Below are positions 34,790 through 44,598 of a stretch of 64,000 nucleotides of DNA, piece after piece. A program made the position numbers and the translations under genes. The stretch is from positions 20,612 through 84,611 of the forward strand of contig JAWLDG010000013.1 in the NCBI GenBank assembly GCA_041686775.1. Reading direction: 5' to 3'. This stretch comes from Luteolibacter sp. (GTDB lineage: Bacteria > Verrucomicrobiota > Verrucomicrobiia > Verrucomicrobiales > Akkermansiaceae). The notes below the pieces were generated by a model. That model made no database searches and was not told the DNA's origin. It saw only the letters and a program-made list of their open reading frames with translations. Every line of letters begins with the position of its first letter. The first letter of the stretch is position 1.

Positions 34790-35712
34790 ACCTCACCCGC
34801 AGACATTCGCTCAAACTCATCGGCGCGGCCACCGGCTCGCTGGCATTCACACCGCATGCCGTATTCGCCGCGGAAACCAAGGGTGCCATGAAAAAAATCC
34901 CGTCGTCCGGCGAGGAACTTCCGGTGATCGGGATGGGCACCTGGCGGACCTTCAACGTCGGCAGCGACCGCGTGCTGCGTGACGCCCGCACCGAGGTGCT
35001 CAAGGCATTTTTCGAAAACGGCGGCGGCATGGTGGACAACTCGCCGATGTATGGCTCCGCGCGCGAGGTCGTCGGTTATGCGCTCAAAAAAACCGGCATT
35101 CCCGACACCTTGTTCTCCGCCGAGAAAATCTGGACCGAGGACGGTTCGAAAACCCGTGCGCAATTCGCCGAGTCCGCCGGCATGTGGGGCGTGAAAACCT
35201 TCGACCTGATGCAAATCCACAACCTCGTGGCATGGCAGCGCCACCTCGCCACCCTGCGTGAAATGAAACAGGAAGGGAAAATCCGCTACATCGGCATCAC
35301 CACCTCGCACGGTCGGCGGCATGACGACCTGGAGAAAATCATGCGCGACGAGACGCTCGATTTCATCCAACTCACCTACAACATCACCCATCGCGAAGTG
35401 GAACAACGGCTGTTGCCGCTCGCGGAGGAACGCGGCATCGCAGTCATCGCCAACCGGCCCTTCGACGGCGGCGAGCTGATCGGCCGGCTCAAATCGAAAA
35501 AGTCCCCGTTGCCGGAATGGGCGTCTGAAATCGACTGCAAGACCTGGGCGGAATTCCTGCTCAAGTTCATCGTGTCCCATCCCGCCGTCACCTGCGCGAT
35601 CCCGGCCACCAGCAAGGTCGCGCACATGAAGGAAAACATGGCCGCACGCCTCGGCCGGATGCCGGATGCCGAAACCCGCAAGCGCATGATCCAATACGTC
35701 GAAAACCCATGA
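34786..35712 (+). CDS. Aldo/keto reductase with a twin-arginine (Tat) signal
   Basis: ORF 34786..35712. The N-terminus MNLTRRHSLKLIGAATGSLAF is Tat-like. The body is AKR-like (GMGTWRTF, YIGITTSHG). Confidence 0.8.
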   Translation: MNLTRRHSLKLIGAATGSLAFTPHAVFAAETKGAMKKIPSSGEELPVIGMGTWRTFNVGSDRVLRDARTEVLKAFFENGGGMVDNSPMYGSAREVVGYALKKTGIPDTLFSAEKIWTEDGSKTRAQFAESAGMWGVKTFDLMQIHNLVAWQRHLATLREMKQEGKIRYIGITTSHGRRHDDLEKIMRDETLDFIQLTYNITHREVEQRLLPLAEERGIAVIANRPFDGGELIGRLKSKKSPLPEWASEIDCKTWAEFLLKFIVSHPAVTCAIPATSKVAHMKENMAARLGRMPDAETRKRMIQYVENP

Positions 35713-36425
35713 TCGACGACCTCGGCAGCTACTCGGTCCGGAATTTCATCCCGTTTCTCGACGAAGTCTATTTCCGACTCTTCGAGCGCCAATACGAGGA
35801 CTTGTGGCCTCTCCATCTGTTGACACTCGCCGGCGGCGTCGCGGCCATCGTTTTTGCATGGTTCGGAAAAACCCGCGCGACGGCCGTTCTGTTAGGTTTA
35901 GGTCTCGCCGTTTGCGCAATCACCTTCCACTTCCGGCTCTATGCCGAACTCACCCCCGTTGGGAGCGTCTTCGGCTGGGCATTCCTGATCCAAATCCCGC
36001 TGCTTTTGCTATGGGGGTTTATCACCAAACACCGCGAACGTTTCCGTCCCTCCGTTCCCACTATCATCGGTGCCGCCATCGCCGTTTTCGCGCTCGCCAT
36101 CCATCCCTTTCTCGCCATCGCTACCGGCCGCGAACCGGCGGGTGCCGAATGTTTCGGCATGGCACCCGATCCGACCTCTGCTTGCATTCTCGGCATTCTC
36201 CTCATGACCGCCCGGCCGGTGTGGTTTCTCCTGCTCTTTCCCATCCCGCTCCTCTGGTCCGCCACCACAGGCGCGACTCTCGACGCCCTCGATGCCCCGC
36301 TGCCCATAACACTCCCGATCCTCGCCGCCATCGCGCTCGTCGCGGCGGTTTGGAAAGCGGTGACGGGCTTGCAAGCGCATCGGGGAAAAGAAAGTGCCAG
36401 AGTCAAAGCCGACAAAGTTGTCTGA
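35709..36425 (+). CDS. Hypothetical polytopic membrane protein
   Basis: ORF 35709..36425. ATGA overlap with the AKR stop. 6-7 hydrophobic helices. Confidence 0.6.
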   Translation: MIDDLGSYSVRNFIPFLDEVYFRLFERQYEDLWPLHLLTLAGGVAAIVFAWFGKTRATAVLLGLGLAVCAITFHFRLYAELTPVGSVFGWAFLIQIPLLLLWGFITKHRERFRPSVPTIIGAAIAVFALAIHPFLAIATGREPAGAECFGMAPDPTSACILGILLMTARPVWFLLLFPIPLLWSATTGATLDALDAPLPITLPILAAIALVAAVWKAVTGLQAHRGKESARVKADKVV

Positions 36426-36480
36426 AACTTTTCTTTCACCAAGGCGGGCCGTGCCTCAGGCTCTCACTGATCCGCAATTG

Positions 36481-37452
36481 ATGACCATGACGATGAATCC
36501 GCACACGGCGGTCCTTTTCTGGTGCTACAAGGAGCCCGCCCTGTGCCGGGACCGGCTGGAGTGGTTGAGGAGATTCAACCCCCACGCTCCGGTGTTCGTG
36601 CTTTTTGGCGGGGACCCGACCGATGCGGACGCCTTCCGCTCCGCGCTTGCAGGCCTCTATCAGGATTTCTGGGCGCACTCCGGCGAGCCGCCGGAAGCCT
36701 CGCTGCCACAGGCGGTTCATTGCCCGGCCGGGGGCAAGGCATGGAAATGGTATTACGGCGACCTGATGATCCGGGATTGGTTCCGCGACCGTGGCCGGGT
36801 GCTGTCGTGGGACCGCATCTTCATCATGCAATGGGACATGCTGGTGCTGGGGCCGTTGGACCGCGTGCTCGCAGGACTGGGAGCCGATGAGGCATTGTTT
36901 TCCGGTTTGCGGCCAGTGGCGGAGGTCGAGCAAAAATGGACCTGGACCTCACCGCAGAAACCGTCGTACCGCAGCGATTACCTGGCCTTCGTCCGCAGCA
37001 TGGCCACGGATTTCGATTATCACCAGCCGCCTCTCTGCGCCCTTGCGGTGGTGATGGTGCTGCCACGGGCGTTTTTCGAATCATTAGCCACCATGCCACA
37101 ACCTGCACTCGGTTTCATCGAATACAAACTGCCGACTTGCGCCGCCGCCTTCGGCATCCCGCTCAACCGCTCGATCCGGTTCAGGGTCTGGTGGGACGAT
37201 CTCGAACCACCGCGCTGGCACCACAGTCTCCGCGCCGTTGCCATCGATATCCACCCGCTTGTCGTCGCGCTGGGGCGCTTCTTGCCGGGCGGTCCCCGCA
37301 TTTTCCATCCCTACTCGAAGCCTCTTCCAAAGGGTTCCGTCGGATGGTTGCGGCTGTTGGCACGCAGCGCATGCAATGATCTGCGCGCCGTTCTGGGCGG
37401 ATTGTCCGCCCGGCGGATCATGCGCAAGTGTCTCAAGCGGGATCGGGAATGA
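36481..37452 (+). CDS. Hypothetical protein
   Basis: ORF 36394..37452. I prefer the ATG at 36481 (MTMTMNPHTAVLFWCYKEP...). Coding-like composition. No domain recognised. Confidence 0.55.
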   Translation: MTMTMNPHTAVLFWCYKEPALCRDRLEWLRRFNPHAPVFVLFGGDPTDADAFRSALAGLYQDFWAHSGEPPEASLPQAVHCPAGGKAWKWYYGDLMIRDWFRDRGRVLSWDRIFIMQWDMLVLGPLDRVLAGLGADEALFSGLRPVAEVEQKWTWTSPQKPSYRSDYLAFVRSMATDFDYHQPPLCALAVVMVLPRAFFESLATMPQPALGFIEYKLPTCAAAFGIPLNRSIRFRVWWDDLEPPRWHHSLRAVAIDIHPLVVALGRFLPGGPRIFHPYSKPLPKGSVGWLRLLARSACNDLRAVLGGLSARRIMRKCLKRDRE

Positions 37453-37464
37453 TGCCGGTGATAG

Positions 37465-37483
37465 TGTGGCGGTTCTCGCCACA
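37465..37483. terminator. Hairpin between the convergent stops of the 36481..37452 gene and uvrB
   Basis: TGTGGCG-GTTCT-CGCCACA, a 7-bp stem, inside the 32-nt gap between the stops. No clear U-tract. Confidence 0.4.
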
Positions 37484-37484
37484 A

Positions 37485-39653
37485 TCACTTCTTCCCCCGC
37501 TTGCCGCGGGCGGGGTAGGTGACGGGTTTGGTTTGTGGCATGGCGGGCGGGTTTTTGAGGGCGTTGATCTGGTCGCGGAGGTGGGCGGCGCGTTCGAATT
37601 CGAGGCGCGAGGCGGCTTCGCGCATTTCCTCTTCGAGGTCGGCGATGACGCGGAGTTTGTCGTAGGTCGTTTCGTCCTCGGCGACGATGGCGCGGTTGAT
37701 CTGGTCGGCGGCTTCCACGTCCTGCTCGTGGGTGTGGAGACTTTGCTGGAGGGCGCGCTTCACGCCGGCGGGAGTGATGCCGTGCTCCTCGTTCCATGCC
37801 TGCTGGCGGGCGCGCCGTGTGGTGGTGATTTCCACCAGCGCGCGGATCGAGTCGGTCATCACATCGCAGAACAGCACGCACTCACCGGTGATGTGGCGCG
37901 CGGCGCGGCCTGCGGTCTGGATGAGCGAGGTTTCGTTGCGAAGGAAGCCCTCCTTGTCGGCGTCGAGAATGCAGACGAGCGAAACTTCGGGCAGGTCGAG
38001 TCCTTCGCGCAGCAGATTGATGCCGACCAGCACGTCCACGGTGGCGGCGCGGAGTTGGCGCAGGATTTCGACGCGCTCGACGGCGTCGATGTCGGCATGG
38101 ATGTAGCGCACCTTGAGTCCCACGCCCTTGAGGTATTCGCTCAAATCCTCGGCGGTTTTCTTGGTGAGGGTGGTGACAAGCACGCGCTCGTGTCGTTCGA
38201 CGCGCTGGCGGCAGAGTTCGATGGTTTCATCGATCTGCCCCTTGAGCGGACGGAGGGTAATGACAGGATCCAACAGACCGGTCGGGCGGATGATTTGTTC
38301 GACGACCAATGGCGTGCCGCGCTTGGCGGGATCGAAATTTTCCACCGGCTCGTCGTTGCCACTGGCTTTGACGCGGAGTTTGCGCATTTCCGCGAAGCCA
38401 TCCTCGCGGCGCGATTTCATCGGGATGTAAGTTTTGTTTTCGGGCCGCGAGTTGAGTAGTTCGAATGGACCGGGCGTGGCGGAAACATAAACGCGCTGGC
38501 CGGTCATGTGCATGAACTCCTCGAAGCGCAGCGGGCGATTGTCGAGCGCGCTGGGCAGCCGGAAGCCGTGCTCGACCAGCACCGTCTTGCGGCTCTTGTC
38601 GCCCTCGTACATGCCGCCGATCTGCGGGATGGTGGCGTGGCTTTCGTCGATGATGAGCAGGAAATCGCGCGGGAAGAAATCGAGCAGTGTGTGCGGCCGC
38701 GCGCCGGGTTCGCGGCCGGTGAGGTGGCGCGAGTAGTTCTCGATGCCCTGGCAGAATCCCATCTCGGCCATCATTTCGAGGTCGTATTCGGTGCGCATGC
38801 GCAGGCGCTGGGCTTCCAACAACCTGTTGTCCTTTTCCAACTCGGCGATGCGGGCGTCGAGTTCCGCGCGGATGGCGATGGCGGCGCGCTTCATCTTGTC
38901 GCCGGGCGTGACGAACTGCTTGGCGGGGAAAAACGTGTGGTTTTCCAGCCGCTCGATGATCCGCCCGTCGAGCGTGTGAACACTGCTGATGCGCTCGATC
39001 TCGTCGTCGAAGAACTCGATGCGGATGGCGGTCTGTTCGAGGTAAGCGGGATGGACTTCCACCACGTCGCCGCGCACGCGGAACTTGCCGCGGCCGAAGG
39101 CGATGTCGTTGCGCTCGAAGAGCATGCCGACGAGTGAGGAGAGCAACTCCTCGCGCGTGAGCTTCTGGCCCTTCCAGACCGGCAGCATCATGTTTTCGTA
39201 ATCCTCGGGCGAGCCGAGGCCATAGATGCAGGAAACCGAGGCCACGACGATGGTATCCGGCCGGGTGAGCAGCGAACCCATTGTAGCGAGCCGCAAGCGC
39301 TCGATCTCCTCGTTGATCGACGAATCCTTTTCGATATAGGTGTCGCTGCGCGGGATGTAGGCCTCGGGCTGATAGTAATCGAAATAGGAAACGAAATACT
39401 CGACCGCGTTGTGCGGGAAGAAGTTCTTGAACTCCGAGTAAAGCTGCGCGGCGAGCGTCTTGTTGTGGCTCATCACCAATGCCGGCCGGCCGTGATGGGC
39501 GATCAGGTTCGCCATGGTGAAGGTTTTCCCCGAGCCGGTGACGCCGAGCAGCGTCTGGTGGCGGTTGCCGGCGTCGAGCGATCCGGCGAGCTTGGCGATC
39601 GCCTGGCCCTGGTCACCCTGCGGGCGGTAGTCGCTGACGAGTTGGAAATCCAT
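37485..39653 (-). CDS. uvrB: Excinuclease ABC subunit B
   Basis: ORF 37485..39653. Sequences QGDQGQAI, Walker A GVTGSGKT, YFVSYYDYYQPEAY-like YFVSYFDYYQPEAYIP, and C-terminal UVR motif EFERAAHLRDQI. Confidence 0.97.
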   Translation of the reverse strand: MDFQLVSDYRPQGDQGQAIAKLAGSLDAGNRHQTLLGVTGSGKTFTMANLIAHHGRPALVMSHNKTLAAQLYSEFKNFFPHNAVEYFVSYFDYYQPEAYIPRSDTYIEKDSSINEEIERLRLATMGSLLTRPDTIVVASVSCIYGLGSPEDYENMMLPVWKGQKLTREELLSSLVGMLFERNDIAFGRGKFRVRGDVVEVHPAYLEQTAIRIEFFDDEIERISSVHTLDGRIIERLENHTFFPAKQFVTPGDKMKRAAIAIRAELDARIAELEKDNRLLEAQRLRMRTEYDLEMMAEMGFCQGIENYSRHLTGREPGARPHTLLDFFPRDFLLIIDESHATIPQIGGMYEGDKSRKTVLVEHGFRLPSALDNRPLRFEEFMHMTGQRVYVSATPGPFELLNSRPENKTYIPMKSRREDGFAEMRKLRVKASGNDEPVENFDPAKRGTPLVVEQIIRPTGLLDPVITLRPLKGQIDETIELCRQRVERHERVLVTTLTKKTAEDLSEYLKGVGLKVRYIHADIDAVERVEILRQLRAATVDVLVGINLLREGLDLPEVSLVCILDADKEGFLRNETSLIQTAGRAARHITGECVLFCDVMTDSIRALVEITTTRRARQQAWNEEHGITPAGVKRALQQSLHTHEQDVEAADQINRAIVAEDETTYDKLRVIADLEEEMREAASRLEFERAAHLRDQINALKNPPAMPQTKPVTYPARGKRGKK

Positions 39654-39661
39654 CGGACGGT

Positions 39662-40552
39662 CTAACGGATTTCAGCCACGTTGCCGACGCGGGTGAGGAG
39701 CGAGAGCTCCTCCATGTCTTCGGGGCGCAGGAGGATGGTGCCGGCGGGTTTTTCTTCATCCCCGCCATCCGCCCAGGTGCGAATTTGCAGCGGCGGGGCC
39801 TCGATCACGATCGTTTTTTCCGCGGCGCGGTAATCGGCCGATTGCGGAAGCACGCGGCGGCCGGCGAGTTCGGCGGGTTTGGCGGTGATTTTGCCGTGGC
39901 GGGCGTTTTTCGATCCCGCGCCCCAGTGGAGGACCGGGTAATCGCGGATGAAGCGTCCGTCTTGCCAGAGCGAGACGGTGCCGCGGGCCGGCTCGATGAG
40001 CAGGCGGAAATCGAGCGGCATGACGACGAGTTTCTGTCCCGGTTGAAGGCGCGGAAGTTCCAGCATCGAATTGAGATGCATCATGCAATCGATGGTGGTG
40101 CGGTGTTTCGCGGCGATGCCTAACAGCGAATCGCCGGGTTTCACCTCGTGGACCAGCTTGCCGTCCATGTGTTCGGTGGAGAGGACTTCGTCGAGGTTGA
40201 TCTCGCCGATGATGCGGCGGGCGACAGGCGCGGACGATGAGTTCGGGTAGATATTGACGATGGCGGCGAGTTTTTCGCGGGCCTCGTCGAGGCGGCCGAG
40301 CGCGAGCAGTTCGTGCGCTTTCTGGAAGGCCTTCTCGCCGGGGTCGATGTCGGGCATTTCCTCCGATTCGAGCATCTTGACGATTTCCTCGTCGCTCGGT
40401 CCGGTGAGCAAGTCGGCGGGCTTGGGGACGATGCGTTCGAAGACGCCGCCGAGCGGTTCTACGGCCACGTGCCAGGCAAGCATGCCGGTGAATGCCATGA
40501 CGCCCATGACGCAGAGGGCGGCGAGGATCTTGACGAGTGTCCAGAGACTCAT
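39662..40552 (-). CDS. LysM domain membrane-anchored protein
   Basis: ORF 39662..40552. N-terminal TM helix and LysM segment HEVKPGDSLLGIAAKHRTTIDCMMHLNSM. It ends 8 nt upstream of uvrB. Confidence 0.7.
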   Translation of the reverse strand: MSLWTLVKILAALCVMGVMAFTGMLAWHVAVEPLGGVFERIVPKPADLLTGPSDEEIVKMLESEEMPDIDPGEKAFQKAHELLALGRLDEAREKLAAIVNIYPNSSSAPVARRIIGEINLDEVLSTEHMDGKLVHEVKPGDSLLGIAAKHRTTIDCMMHLNSMLELPRLQPGQKLVVMPLDFRLLIEPARGTVSLWQDGRFIRDYPVLHWGAGSKNARHGKITAKPAELAGRRVLPQSADYRAAEKTIVIEAPPLQIRTWADGGDEEKPAGTILLRPEDMEELSLLTRVGNVAEIR

Positions 40553-40567
40553 GGCAAACCCGGATCG

Positions 40568-41104
40568 TCAGATAAGGCCGCGGCGCTTGAAATCGAAGGC
40601 GTTAATCTCGTGCGAGCGCAGGATCATCTCGAAGGAGAACTTCAAAATGCAGATTTCCCACGCGTCGTCCACGCCTTCGATGACGGCCAGCGAGGGATTG
40701 CCGGTGCGTCGGATGTCGTCCATTACGCGCTCGCGAACGCTTTCCATCGGCTCGTTGACGATTTCCTCGTTCACCTCGCCGCGGCGGAAATGGAAGCCGT
40801 ATTGGAGGAATGCGAGGTCTTTGCCCTCGGCACGGAATTTCTCCAGCATGCTCTCGAATTTCGCGTGAGCGGAGGGATTGAAACCATCGAACTGGAAGTC
40901 GCGAAAGGCGTCCGGCTTGAGGATGCGCGGGCGCTGGGCCTCGACCTCGCCGGTGCGGATGCGGACGCGCCCGACCTGATCCATCAGCTCGCTGATGAGT
41001 TGGAACTCGAAGCGGGTCTCGCCGAAAGTCTGAATCCGGTGATCCGGTTCGCGCAGGACCCGGGTGGTCTCCAACGCGTAGTGAATGTTGTCCTGCGAAT
41101 GCAT
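40568..41104 (-). CDS. Conserved-looking hypothetical protein (178 aa)
   Basis: ORF 40568..41104. Coding-like composition, 15 nt from the LysM gene. No domain recognised. Confidence 0.6.
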   Translation of the reverse strand: MHSQDNIHYALETTRVLREPDHRIQTFGETRFEFQLISELMDQVGRVRIRTGEVEAQRPRILKPDAFRDFQFDGFNPSAHAKFESMLEKFRAEGKDLAFLQYGFHFRRGEVNEEIVNEPMESVRERVMDDIRRTGNPSLAVIEGVDDAWEICILKFSFEMILRSHEINAFDFKRRGLI

Positions 41105-41179
41105 CTGTATGCCGTCAGTGTCGCGCGGATCGCGGGCAATGCAATGAAAAGACGGGGCGGGGGAGTGAAGACCGGGATT

Positions 41180-42187
41180 TCAATGGGTTTCGTTTTTCGG
41201 TTGGGACAATCCGAACAGCCACAGCCAGATGAAGGTGAGCAGCACGGCGGCGAGACCGACGTGGAGCACCTGCACCCACGAGTAGATGTGGATTTGGGAC
41301 ATGACAAGGCCGAGCACCATTTGCGCGAGCACAATGGCGAACACGACATTTTCCACTTTTCCGGCTCCGCCCTCGCGGTGGCGGCGGGTCAGCAGCCAGG
41401 CCCAGAGTGTGACGCCGAGCACGACCCAGGAAAAACTGCGGTGAGCGAGGTAGATCCACGATTGTTCCAACTCGGCGATCCAGGTATCGCGCGGGGCGTT
41501 GTCGTGGAACTTGGCGAGTTCGTCGGTCATTTCGCGGACCTGTGCGCCGAGGATGCCGGAGGCAATGCAAGTGACGAGCAGCAGGATGACCGCGATACGG
41601 GTCTGTTTTCGCCATTTTTCCTGCATCGCAACCAGCCATGGTCGGTCGGTGCCTCGCCACGCGCAGTACATCAGGGTGCCGGTGAGCAGCATCGCCAAGG
41701 CGAGGTGGGTTGTTAGAACGCCGGGTTGCAGGCCGCTGTAAACGACCCGCGCCCCCATCCAGGCGTTGATCAGCACGATGGCGAGCGAGCCGAAGGCCAT
41801 CCAGAACACCAGCGGCCGCTTCGGGCGTTGCCAGAACGCGGCGATGAAAGTGGCAAGCGAGAAAAAGCCGACCGGCAGGCTGCACAGGCGGTTGATGAAC
41901 TCGGTCCAGACATGCCGCGGATTGAATTCCGCGCGCAAGGTTTCCTCGGTGATCGTCGCGGGATCGCGACCCATGCGCTCCGCCTTGCTGCGGAAGCGCT
42001 CGATCGGCAGTTTCTCGAAATCGACCTGCTCGACCGAAGTCGGCGGGATCAGGCAGCCCCAGCAGGTCGGCCAGTCCGGGCAGCCCATGCCGGCACCGGT
42101 GACCCGCACGATCGCGCCGACAAACATCAGGAAAAGCACGGAAACCAGCGCGGCGATGGCGAGTTTCTGGAAGCGGGTGAGCGGCAT
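41180..42187 (-). CDS. ctaA: Heme A synthase (COX15/CtaA family)
   Basis: ORF 41180..42187. Sequence VRVTGAGMGCPDWPTCWG, multiple TM helices, and conserved His residues. Confidence 0.85.
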   Translation of the reverse strand: MPLTRFQKLAIAALVSVLFLMFVGAIVRVTGAGMGCPDWPTCWGCLIPPTSVEQVDFEKLPIERFRSKAERMGRDPATITEETLRAEFNPRHVWTEFINRLCSLPVGFFSLATFIAAFWQRPKRPLVFWMAFGSLAIVLINAWMGARVVYSGLQPGVLTTHLALAMLLTGTLMYCAWRGTDRPWLVAMQEKWRKQTRIAVILLLVTCIASGILGAQVREMTDELAKFHDNAPRDTWIAELEQSWIYLAHRSFSWVVLGVTLWAWLLTRRHREGGAGKVENVVFAIVLAQMVLGLVMSQIHIYSWVQVLHVGLAAVLLTFIWLWLFGLSQPKNETH

Positions 42188-42228
42188 GCCGGGACGATGG
42201 CGGGCGCGCGCCGCATTTCCAGTGGAAA

Positions 42229-43410
42229 TCAGTGACTGCCCACGGAGTTGCGCGCGCCTTCCGCAGGTGGCATTTCAGGGCCGGACGGCTGCTTGATTTC
42301 CAGGGGTTTGGTGTCTGTCTTTACATGCGGGTAGTCATTGGAAATGGCCACGCCGATCCAGCGAAAATCCTCGGTGCCGTCGAGTATCACCTTGAGCACC
42401 ATGGTCAGCGGCACCGCCAGCAGCATGCCGAGCGGTCCCCAGACCCAGCCCCAGAACATCACCGAGATCACCACGATCAGCGTCGAGATGCCGAAGCGGC
42501 GGCCGACCAGGATCGGCTCGACGAAGTTGCCGAGGAAATTGTTGATCAAGAGATATCCGCCGGCGACCAGCAACGCGTTCGGCCATCCGGCGACGAGCAA
42601 AGCGAGAATGGTGGGCGGCACGCCGGCGACAAGCGAACCGATCACCGGGATGAAATTCAATGCGAAGGCGACGATGCCCCAAAGGATGTAAAAATCGAGA
42701 CCCGCCGCCCAGCACAGCAAACCGGCGAGGAAGCCGGTGACCAAGCTCACCACGGTCTTGATGGCGAGGTAGCGCTGGATGTCGCGGGTGGCGTGGATCA
42801 TGCCCGCGATGTTGGGCCCGTGCGCACGCGCGATCGCCTTCATCCGGTTGCCGAAGTTCTGTGCCTCGGAGAGCATGAAGACCATCAGGATCAGGAAAAT
42901 GACGCCGGCCGCGATGAAGCCGAGAAGCTGGCCGAGCACGCCGGTGCCGAAGTCCCAGATGCGCTCGAAGCGGATTTCCTGCAAGGCAGTCATGTTGTTT
43001 TCCACGACCACCTGGATCTTTTCGGTGGCATCCTGCACGCCGAGCTGATCAAGCTTTTCCGCAAGCGACTGCGAACCGTCGCGCACCCGCTGATAGAGCT
43101 GGGTGGCGTATTTCGAATTCCACTTCGCCTGCAAGTCCTGCACCAGCACCACGCCGAGCAAGGCCACGCCGGCGATGAACGCGAAGTCCACCAACACGGT
43201 GAGCAGCACCGCGATCGAGCGCGGCACCCTGCGTTTCACCAGCGCGTGGGTGATGGGGAAACTGACTGTGGCCACGAAAAACGCCAGCAGCACCGGAAGG
43301 AAGAAATTCTGCGCCGCCTTGAGCCCGGCGACGACAATGACCAGCGAGGCGATCAGCAGGAGCACCCTGCCGGCCGACGGAGCGCGAGTCCTGTCACCAT
43401 CACCAGTCAC
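42229..43410 (-). CDS. AI-2E family transporter (PerM/UPF0118)
   Basis: ORF 42229..43410. Polytopic, with a typical C-terminal core (NFIPVIGSLVAGVPP, PILVGRRFGISTLIVVISVMFWGWVWGPLGMLLAVPLT). Confidence 0.85.
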   Translation of the reverse strand: MTGDGDRTRAPSAGRVLLLIASLVIVVAGLKAAQNFFLPVLLAFFVATVSFPITHALVKRRVPRSIAVLLTVLVDFAFIAGVALLGVVLVQDLQAKWNSKYATQLYQRVRDGSQSLAEKLDQLGVQDATEKIQVVVENNMTALQEIRFERIWDFGTGVLGQLLGFIAAGVIFLILMVFMLSEAQNFGNRMKAIARAHGPNIAGMIHATRDIQRYLAIKTVVSLVTGFLAGLLCWAAGLDFYILWGIVAFALNFIPVIGSLVAGVPPTILALLVAGWPNALLVAGGYLLINNFLGNFVEPILVGRRFGISTLIVVISVMFWGWVWGPLGMLLAVPLTMVLKVILDGTEDFRWIGVAISNDYPHVKTDTKPLEIKQPSGPEMPPAEGARNSVGSH

Positions 43411-43505
43411 ACGCGGATTAAATCCCCGCGCCGCTCCGCCCGCAATGGGAATTTGTCATTTCATTGTTCCAACCGCGGCACGCGTGTCCGCTGACGCGGG
43501 ATATA

Positions 43506-44588
43506 TCAATGAAACATAGCCCGCTGGCGCAGCAGGTGGTCGGTGACGACCAAGGTGGCCATGGCCTCGACGATGGGCACCGCGCGGGGGAGGACGCAGG
43601 CGTCGTGGCGGCCCTTGCCGGCGAGTTCGGTGTTCTCGCCGGCGGAGGTGACGGTTTCCTGCGCGGTCATGATGGTGGCGGTGGGCTTGAAGGCCACGCG
43701 GAAGACGATGTTCTCGCCGTTGGAAATGCCGCCCTGCACGCCGCCGGAACGGTTGCTGCTGGTGCGGACCCTGCCATCGACCATCCGGAACGGGTCGTTG
43801 TGCTCGCGGCCAGTTAGAAGCGTGCCGGAAAAACCGGAACCGATCTCGAAACCCTTGGTCGCGGGAATGGAAAGCATGGCCTTGGCGAGGTCGGCTTCGA
43901 GCTTGTCGAAGATCGGCTCGCCGAGACCCGGCGGGCAATTGCGGATGACACATTCGACAATGCCGCCGACCGAATTGCCGTCGGCGCGGATCGCCTTGAT
44001 GCGCTCGATCATCGTTTCGACCATCGCCGGATCGCCGGTGCGGACGATGTTCGACTCGATGGTTTCCGCGGTGACGGTGGCGGGATCGACGTCCGCCTTG
44101 AGATCCTGGATGGTGGAAACCCATGCCAGCACCTCGATGCCGGGGTGCAGGGTGTCGAGCACCTGGCGGGCGACCGCGGCGGCGGCGACGCGGCCGATGG
44201 TCTCGCGGGCGGAGGCGCGGCCGCCACCGGACGGGGCGCGGATGCCGTATTTCGCGTCGTAGGTATAGTCGGCGTGGCTCGGGCGGTATTTCACCGCCAT
44301 TTCGTCATAGGCTCCGGGACGTTGGTCGGTGTTTCCAACCACAATGGCGATGGGCGTGCCGAGCGTGATGCCGTCGTGCAGGCCGGAGAGGATTTCCGCG
44401 GCGTCCGCCTCCTTGCGCGGGGTGACGATTTCCGATTGCCCGGGGCGGCGGCGGTCGAGTTCGCGCTGGATGATATCGGAGGAGACTGGGACACGCGGCG
44501 GGCAGCCGTCGATGACGACGCCCACGCCGCCGCCGTGCGACTCGCCGAAGGTGTGGATGCGGAATGCCTGGCCGAAGGTGGATGACAT
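43506..44588 (-). CDS. aroC: Chorismate synthase
   Basis: ORF 43506..44588. Sequences [41 protein letters not shown] and GRHDACV. Confidence 0.97.
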   Translation of the reverse strand: MSSTFGQAFRIHTFGESHGGGVGVVIDGCPPRVPVSSDIIQRELDRRRPGQSEIVTPRKEADAAEILSGLHDGITLGTPIAIVVGNTDQRPGAYDEMAVKYRPSHADYTYDAKYGIRAPSGGGRASARETIGRVAAAAVARQVLDTLHPGIEVLAWVSTIQDLKADVDPATVTAETIESNIVRTGDPAMVETMIERIKAIRADGNSVGGIVECVIRNCPPGLGEPIFDKLEADLAKAMLSIPATKGFEIGSGFSGTLLTGREHNDPFRMVDGRVRTSSNRSGGVQGGISNGENIVFRVAFKPTATIMTAQETVTSAGENTELAGKGRHDACVLPRAVPIVEAMATLVVTDHLLRQRAMFH

Positions 44589-44598
44589 GCGCCGGAAG

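Noticed and set aside
34624-35694. 356-aa minus-strand ORF
   Set aside because: It is antisense to the aldo/keto reductase, with no motifs. The + strand genes are linked by ATGA overlaps and have a Tat signal.
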